A stretch of 64,000 nucleotides of DNA from Acaryochloridaceae cyanobacterium VAR_48_metabat_390 (lineage in GTDB: Bacteria > Cyanobacteriota > Cyanobacteriia > Thermosynechococcales > Thermosynechococcaceae), in NCBI GenBank assembly GCA_031422435.1, contig JANPLU010000068.1:1-64000 (forward strand). The letters run 5' to 3'. The position numbers and the translations under genes are program-made. Positions 59,711 through 64,000 of this stretch are shown piece after piece. Positions within the stretch are counted from its first letter, which is position 1. Every line of letters begins with the position of its first letter. The notes under the pieces were generated by a model, which searched no databases, was not told the origin of the DNA, and saw only the letters and a program-made list of their open reading frames with translations.

Positions 59711-60622
59711 TCAGGCTGTAATCGGCAGTTCTGCAAGCCAATCGGCGATCGCCAAATTCACAACTTCTGCACATTCATCATGGGGGCAATGCCCTGCATC
59801 ATCTAGCTCAATCAGCTTCAGCCGCGTATTCATCGCAGCAAACTTTTGAGCAAAAATGGGCGGCACCATCCGATCCTGACGACCCCACAATAGCAGTATC
59901 GGAATCTCTAACATTGGTAACACCACGTCCACCCGTGGCCCAAACCTGGGGTTTATCATCGCCTGCAAAATCATGCTGAAGGCGCGTGCCGCACCGCGAT
60001 CGCCTGCTGGGGTGGTCAAAATTTCCACTAGCTCCTCGGTAATCGCCGCGCGGCTGGCATAGGCAAGCCCCGCCCAAGGGCGAATCACCTTTGGACGGCG
60101 CACCCCATAAAACAGCGATTTGAGAATCCATTCTGCTGTAAAGGCTCGCTCAATGCGAGATAAGACAGGACGACACCACTGAGGGATTAAATCTTCGCGC
60201 AGCGAAGGATCCGGTAAGCTCAGCATAACCAACCCCTCAGCCATTTCAGGATGTGCATGGGCTGCGCTCAAGGCCACTAAAGACCCAATTGAATTACCCA
60301 CCAGGATGGCGGGACGACCCATAAACGTCTGCCAAAAACTGTGGAGCTGCTGCACCCATAAATCAACGCTGTAGGGCACTGCTGCTTTTTCAGAAGCCCC
60401 AAACCCCAGCAGATCTAGCGCATAGACCGTGTGGCGCTCTGCAAAAAAGGGTAGATTTTGTCGCCAATGTCCCAAAGACGCGCCAAACCCGTGGATAAAT
60501 ATGATGGGGGGGTGGTTGGTTTTTTGAGCAGGTCGGAGATAGGTATAGCGCGCTTGCCATCCCTGCCACATCCAGTCTCGCTGCTGGCCTAAGGGAGAGG
60601 GGCGAAGGCTTGTTTGGTTCAC
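59711..60622 (-). CDS. Alpha/beta fold hydrolase
   Basis: HGFGAS, DLLGFGAS, GNSIG nucleophile elbow, GHCPHDE. Confidence 0.9.
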   Translation of the reverse strand: MNQTSLRPSPLGQQRDWMWQGWQARYTYLRPAQKTNHPPIIFIHGFGASLGHWRQNLPFFAERHTVYALDLLGFGASEKAAVPYSVDLWVQQLHSFWQTFMGRPAILVGNSIGSLVALSAAHAHPEMAEGLVMLSLPDPSLREDLIPQWCRPVLSRIERAFTAEWILKSLFYGVRRPKVIRPWAGLAYASRAAITEELVEILTTPAGDRGAARAFSMILQAMINPRFGPRVDVVLPMLEIPILLLWGRQDRMVPPIFAQKFAAMNTRLKLIELDDAGHCPHDECAEVVNLAIADWLAELPITA

Positions 60623-60776
60623 GGTGTGTCCTCGTTTCCCTTTCCTCTGATTCTAATGCCTTTATCAAAGCTCTTCCCAAAGGCTGAAACCCAAGCGTCT
60701 GCGGTTATTTCTGGACGACATCGTTTATCGTTAAGTAATGTAAATTTATTTTGGTACAAACAGTGTGCGTGGTGTG

Positions 60777-61550
60777 ATGCAAGGCTTCTCAATCCAGCAT
60801 AAAGATAAGGCAGATGCAGGGGGCAAAATAAGGGGTGTTGAGGTGTGGCTCAGTCCGGCGATCGCGCTTGGTATGGTCAGCCTTTGGGCAATCAGCGTAG
60901 GCGTTGCGTTTTCTCTCAACCTAGAATCCGTTCCCCTTATCGGAAAAGTGTTGATACTGCTATGGCAAACGCTTCTGTATACAGGGCTTTTCATTACGGC
61001 GCATGATGCCATGCATGGGGCGGCGTTCCCGCTGAATCGGGCGGTGAATGATGGCTTTGGCACCGTTGTGCTTTGGCTCTATGGGCTGTTTTCGTACAAA
61101 GAATTACTGCGTCGCCATACGCTGCACCATCAGTTTCCAGCGAGTGAAGAAGATCCTGATTACTCTAGGGGTGAACAGACTGGGTTTTGGGCATGGTACT
61201 GGTCATTTATGACGCGCTACTGGAGCTGGAAGCGCTTTTTTGCCCTTGTCGTTACCTTTCATCTTGTGCATCACTTCTTGGGCGTTGCCGAATCTAATCT
61301 GGCGTGGGGATGGGTTTATCCTTCGGTGCTGAGTTCGATGCATCTGTTTTACTTTGGCACCTACCTACCCCACCGTCAGCCAAAATCAGGGTATACCGAT
61401 CATCATTGCTCTACGACCATTCCGCGTCCCTTTTTGCTGTCGCTACTGGCCTGCTATCACTTCGGCTACCACTATGAGCATCATGCTTACACTCAGGTGC
61501 CTTGGTGGCAGCTCCCTAAGGTTTATCGGCAAACGGTTGAGATGAGCTGA
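60777..61550 (+). CDS. crtW: Beta-carotene ketolase (fatty-acid desaturase superfamily)
   Basis: TGLFITAHDAMHG, HTLHH, DPDY, FYFGTYLPH, CYHFGYHYEHH, PWWQLP. Confidence 0.88.
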   Translation: MQGFSIQHKDKADAGGKIRGVEVWLSPAIALGMVSLWAISVGVAFSLNLESVPLIGKVLILLWQTLLYTGLFITAHDAMHGAAFPLNRAVNDGFGTVVLWLYGLFSYKELLRRHTLHHQFPASEEDPDYSRGEQTGFWAWYWSFMTRYWSWKRFFALVVTFHLVHHFLGVAESNLAWGWVYPSVLSSMHLFYFGTYLPHRQPKSGYTDHHCSTTIPRPFLLSLLACYHFGYHYEHHAYTQVPWWQLPKVYRQTVEMS

Positions 61551-61580
61551 CGCTGACAGTTGTAAAACATCTGAAAGACG

Positions 61581-62759
61581 TCAAAATCGAGCGAGACTTG
61601 CTGTCAGTCGATCAAATCGGTATTGACTAATAGTTCCTTCCTTAATTTTTTCAATTGCCTCCTCAATGACCTCAAGGGGTACGAGGAACCACTCTTTCGG
61701 CTTCACTGGCATGTCAAAGCGATCCTTCAGTTCTAAATCTAATCGAGCGCTGCTAAAAAACTTCTGAAGCAGTGCTTCTAGTTTCTGGCGATTGAGATTC
61801 GACAGTTTGAAAGTGGCGACGATTTCTACGTCTGCCAGCAGATAGGTGGGGTCTTTTTTAGCGTTGGCAATTCGGTTTTTTACGTCGCCTCCGGTTACGC
61901 CAATCTTGTGAATGACAGATCGGTTTTTGGCAATGAAGGGATGATCAGACTGGCTCCTGAGTACGTAAATGTAGCCCGTTGGTAAGTCGTCTGCTGCTTC
62001 AGCCTGAGAAAAAAGAGGGCCAAAGTCTGGATTGGTGATGCGGCGGCTGGCTTTGTCTTTGTTAAGGGCACGTTGGAGCGATCGCAGCAGTAAATCGCTC
62101 TCGGTAGCGTTGTCATAAATCACCCGCAGCCTCCGGTCTTGCCGCCCATAGTCGCTCACAAATGGCTCACCCATTTCGGCTACCATCACTTTCTGCCCAT
62201 CAAGGATAAACAGGTCGCCTGGGTTGACTGCCGCATTGTCTTGATATTTCAGGGTTTGCCGTTCCCCCGTTTCTAACTGGCTCTGCACTTGGGTGAAGAT
62301 AGGTCTGAATACGTCGAAGTCTTTGCAAGAAGTACGCTGGGCGATTTCCTCTGCGGCTTTAATTTCGCTGCGCGACCTTACATGGGTAAGCTGGGCAACA
62401 TCGTTTTCTGGATTCGTATGGATCTCAAGAGCAGCCAGTAGTTCGTCATCGGTGAGATCCGCTGTCGCTAATTCGATATCGTCGCTAGCATCTAACAAAC
62501 AATGGGAGTCTAACGGTTCCAAGATGCCGCGACATTCTTCAGAGTCGCGTAGGCGATCAAGCCGCACCGCATAAAGCCGCTCGAAGATATCGCGGTCTTC
62601 CCCGTGCTGGGGAAATCTGCCCTGTTCTTCTACAAACCGCTCAATCTCTTCAAACCCTGCGATAATTCGCTCCTCAGTAGCTGATCGACCACTACTTTTT
62701 TTCGCCTGAGCAAAGTCGTCAAGTTCTAACCTTAGTTCGTCGAGATCCATCTCAGTCAT
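61581..62759 (-). CDS. YeeC-like protein with C-terminal T5orf172/GIY-YIG domain
   Basis: GYIYVLRS...HKIGVT, RIANAKKDPTYL, LE..L..FF, EWF. Start overlaps the helicase stop. Confidence 0.82.
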   Translation of the reverse strand: MTEMDLDELRLELDDFAQAKKSSGRSATEERIIAGFEEIERFVEEQGRFPQHGEDRDIFERLYAVRLDRLRDSEECRGILEPLDSHCLLDASDDIELATADLTDDELLAALEIHTNPENDVAQLTHVRSRSEIKAAEEIAQRTSCKDFDVFRPIFTQVQSQLETGERQTLKYQDNAAVNPGDLFILDGQKVMVAEMGEPFVSDYGRQDRRLRVIYDNATESDLLLRSLQRALNKDKASRRITNPDFGPLFSQAEAADDLPTGYIYVLRSQSDHPFIAKNRSVIHKIGVTGGDVKNRIANAKKDPTYLLADVEIVATFKLSNLNRQKLEALLQKFFSSARLDLELKDRFDMPVKPKEWFLVPLEVIEEAIEKIKEGTISQYRFDRLTASLARF

Positions 62760-64000
62760 AGCGTCCTTCATCTTTGAAGCGGACAAATGCAGCAGCGCCC
62801 TCAGCCATTCGCTTCTCCCATGCATCGGGTGAATTGGATGAGGGCAGCCGTCCCCTTTCCTTTTTGAATTTAACAGCCCGCATGGCGAGGGCTTTGGCTT
62901 CTTCTGGTGTCAGGTTTGTCCACTTGGCAGCAATTACTGCAGCCACCTGCCGCAATCGCTCTTCGCTCATAGATTTGGCGAGAATGGCGTAGGCTTCGCC
63001 AAAGGGATTGATGCGATCAATCAGATCCATATCCAGCTCTGTGACGGATAGGGCAAACTGACGTACCCCGTCGATGAGGGCGGTGTTTTTTGCCGCTTCG
63101 CCATTACTAAGACCGATGGCATCGGGGTTGGCGGTGTAGGCTCCACTCGCCTCGTTTACGGTTTGCTTGGCTTGTTGAACAAGGTTTAGAGCAGCGATCG
63201 CATGTTGCCGTACCGTTTCTTGATCTTCTTCGTCTAAATTCGGGAATTTCTCTTTGACGATTTTGCCCATGCGAACCTGGGTCAGTTCTTCGGGGACGAG
63301 TTCTTCGTCGAAGAGACCGCGCTCGATTGTGGGTTTGTCTTGGACAAAAGCTGTCACCAGTTCGGTCAAGTCTTCGCGGCAGATGCGCTCGGCCTGTGGG
63401 CTTTTAGGTTCGGCTAGCCCTTTAATTTCTAGTTGAATTTGCCCCGTCGTGGGATTGACACCCACATTGCACTTGAGCGGATTGTAGCCGTCTTCGCCGT
63501 AGTCGTAGCCTGGGGTGGGCTGATTGTCGGGGCACTTGGGTTTGAACTCGAAGCGTGGTGCAAGAACCTGCTCCATTAGCAGGCTGGCGGCAATGGCTTT
63601 GAGGGTATCGTTTACCGCCTCAGCGACGGCGGCTTCGGTGGCATCGGGTTCGGCGATCAGGTTGGTGAAGCGGGCGCGGGTTTTGCCTGGTGCATCGCGG
63701 GTGGCGCGACCGATGATCTGGATGATCTCCGTTAGGCTGGAGCGGTAGCCAATGGTCAGGGCGTGTTCGCACCAGATCCAGTCAAAGCCTTCTTTTGCCA
63801 TGCCGAGGGCGATGATAATATCGACGCGATCGCGGTTGTTTTTATGGGCGGGGTCTTTGAGGGCGGTGGCGACTTTATCGCGCTTGGTGGGGTCATCGTC
63901 TACGAGGTCGGCAATTTTGAGAATTTTGCCGTCGGTGGTTTTGACGAGTTGAAATCCCGTTTCGGGTTCTGTGCCCTGCCATTCGCCCAGTTCTTCGATG
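62752..64000 (-). CDS. YeeB-like SF2 helicase, 3' part (frame open to the window end)
   Basis: Frame is open from 63999: IEELGEWQG...IADLVDD...DIIIALGMAKEGFDWIWCEH (motif V) and QIIGRATRD (motif VI). Confidence 0.85.
   Translation of the reverse strand, partial: IEELGEWQGTEPETGFQLVKTTDGKILKIADLVDDDPTKRDKVATALKDPAHKNNRDRVDIIIALGMAKEGFDWIWCEHALTIGYRSSLTEIIQIIGRATRDAPGKTRARFTNLIAEPDATEAAVAEAVNDTLKAIAASLLMEQVLAPRFEFKPKCPDNQPTPGYDYGEDGYNPLKCNVGVNPTTGQIQLEIKGLAEPKSPQAERICREDLTELVTAFVQDKPTIERGLFDEELVPEELTQVRMGKIVKEKFPNLDEEDQETVRQHAIAALNLVQQAKQTVNEASGAYTANPDAIGLSNGEAAKNTALIDGVRQFALSVTELDMDLIDRINPFGEAYAILAKSMSEERLRQVAAVIAAKWTNLTPEEAKALAMRAVKFKKERGRLPSSNSPDAWEKRMAEGAAAFVRFKDEGRYD

Larger units (their letters stand above)
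1070..63833. repeat. HIP1 octamer GCGATCGC, dispersed
   Basis: Dozens of copies seen (e.g. 1637, 11801, 30877, 35807, 47535). None seen in ~1750-4960, 5080-9400 or 30890-33500. Confidence 0.9.

Overview
Cyanobacterial chromosomal segment: HIP1 octamers (GCGATCGC) are abundant and psaM, psbQ, heme oxygenase, flavodiiron, dgdA-like, crtW and ycf46/ycf35 genes are present. Housekeeping genes (serC 5' end, gor, mscL, rsmH-ftsL-like-ftsI, hisA, ndk, malQ, recO, hemC) are interrupted by four accessory blocks. (1) A type I restriction-modification island (GNAT-like ORF, hsdM, hsdS, hsdR, YgjP-like peptidase) carrying a stack of toxin-antitoxin modules between hsdS and hsdR, including a truncated PIN toxin. 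Its + strand is G/T-rich to the left and C/A-rich to the right of each variable segment. (2) A divergent C5-methyltransferase / controller / endonuclease type II RM unit with EcoT38I-like layout. (3) A DUF4331 - TPR - His-rich Ni/Co transporter - small peptide - porin cluster behind a possibly structured leader. (4) The distal part of a YeeB/YeeC-like helicase + T5orf172/GIY-YIG locus running off the right end. Features read by hand and missing from the ORF track: psaM, the serC start, a WD40 pseudogene remnant, the truncated PIN toxin, a 36-aa ORF and two TA-flanked MITE-like elements. No rRNA, tRNA or CRISPR array was recognised. All family calls come from motif recognition, not database searches.
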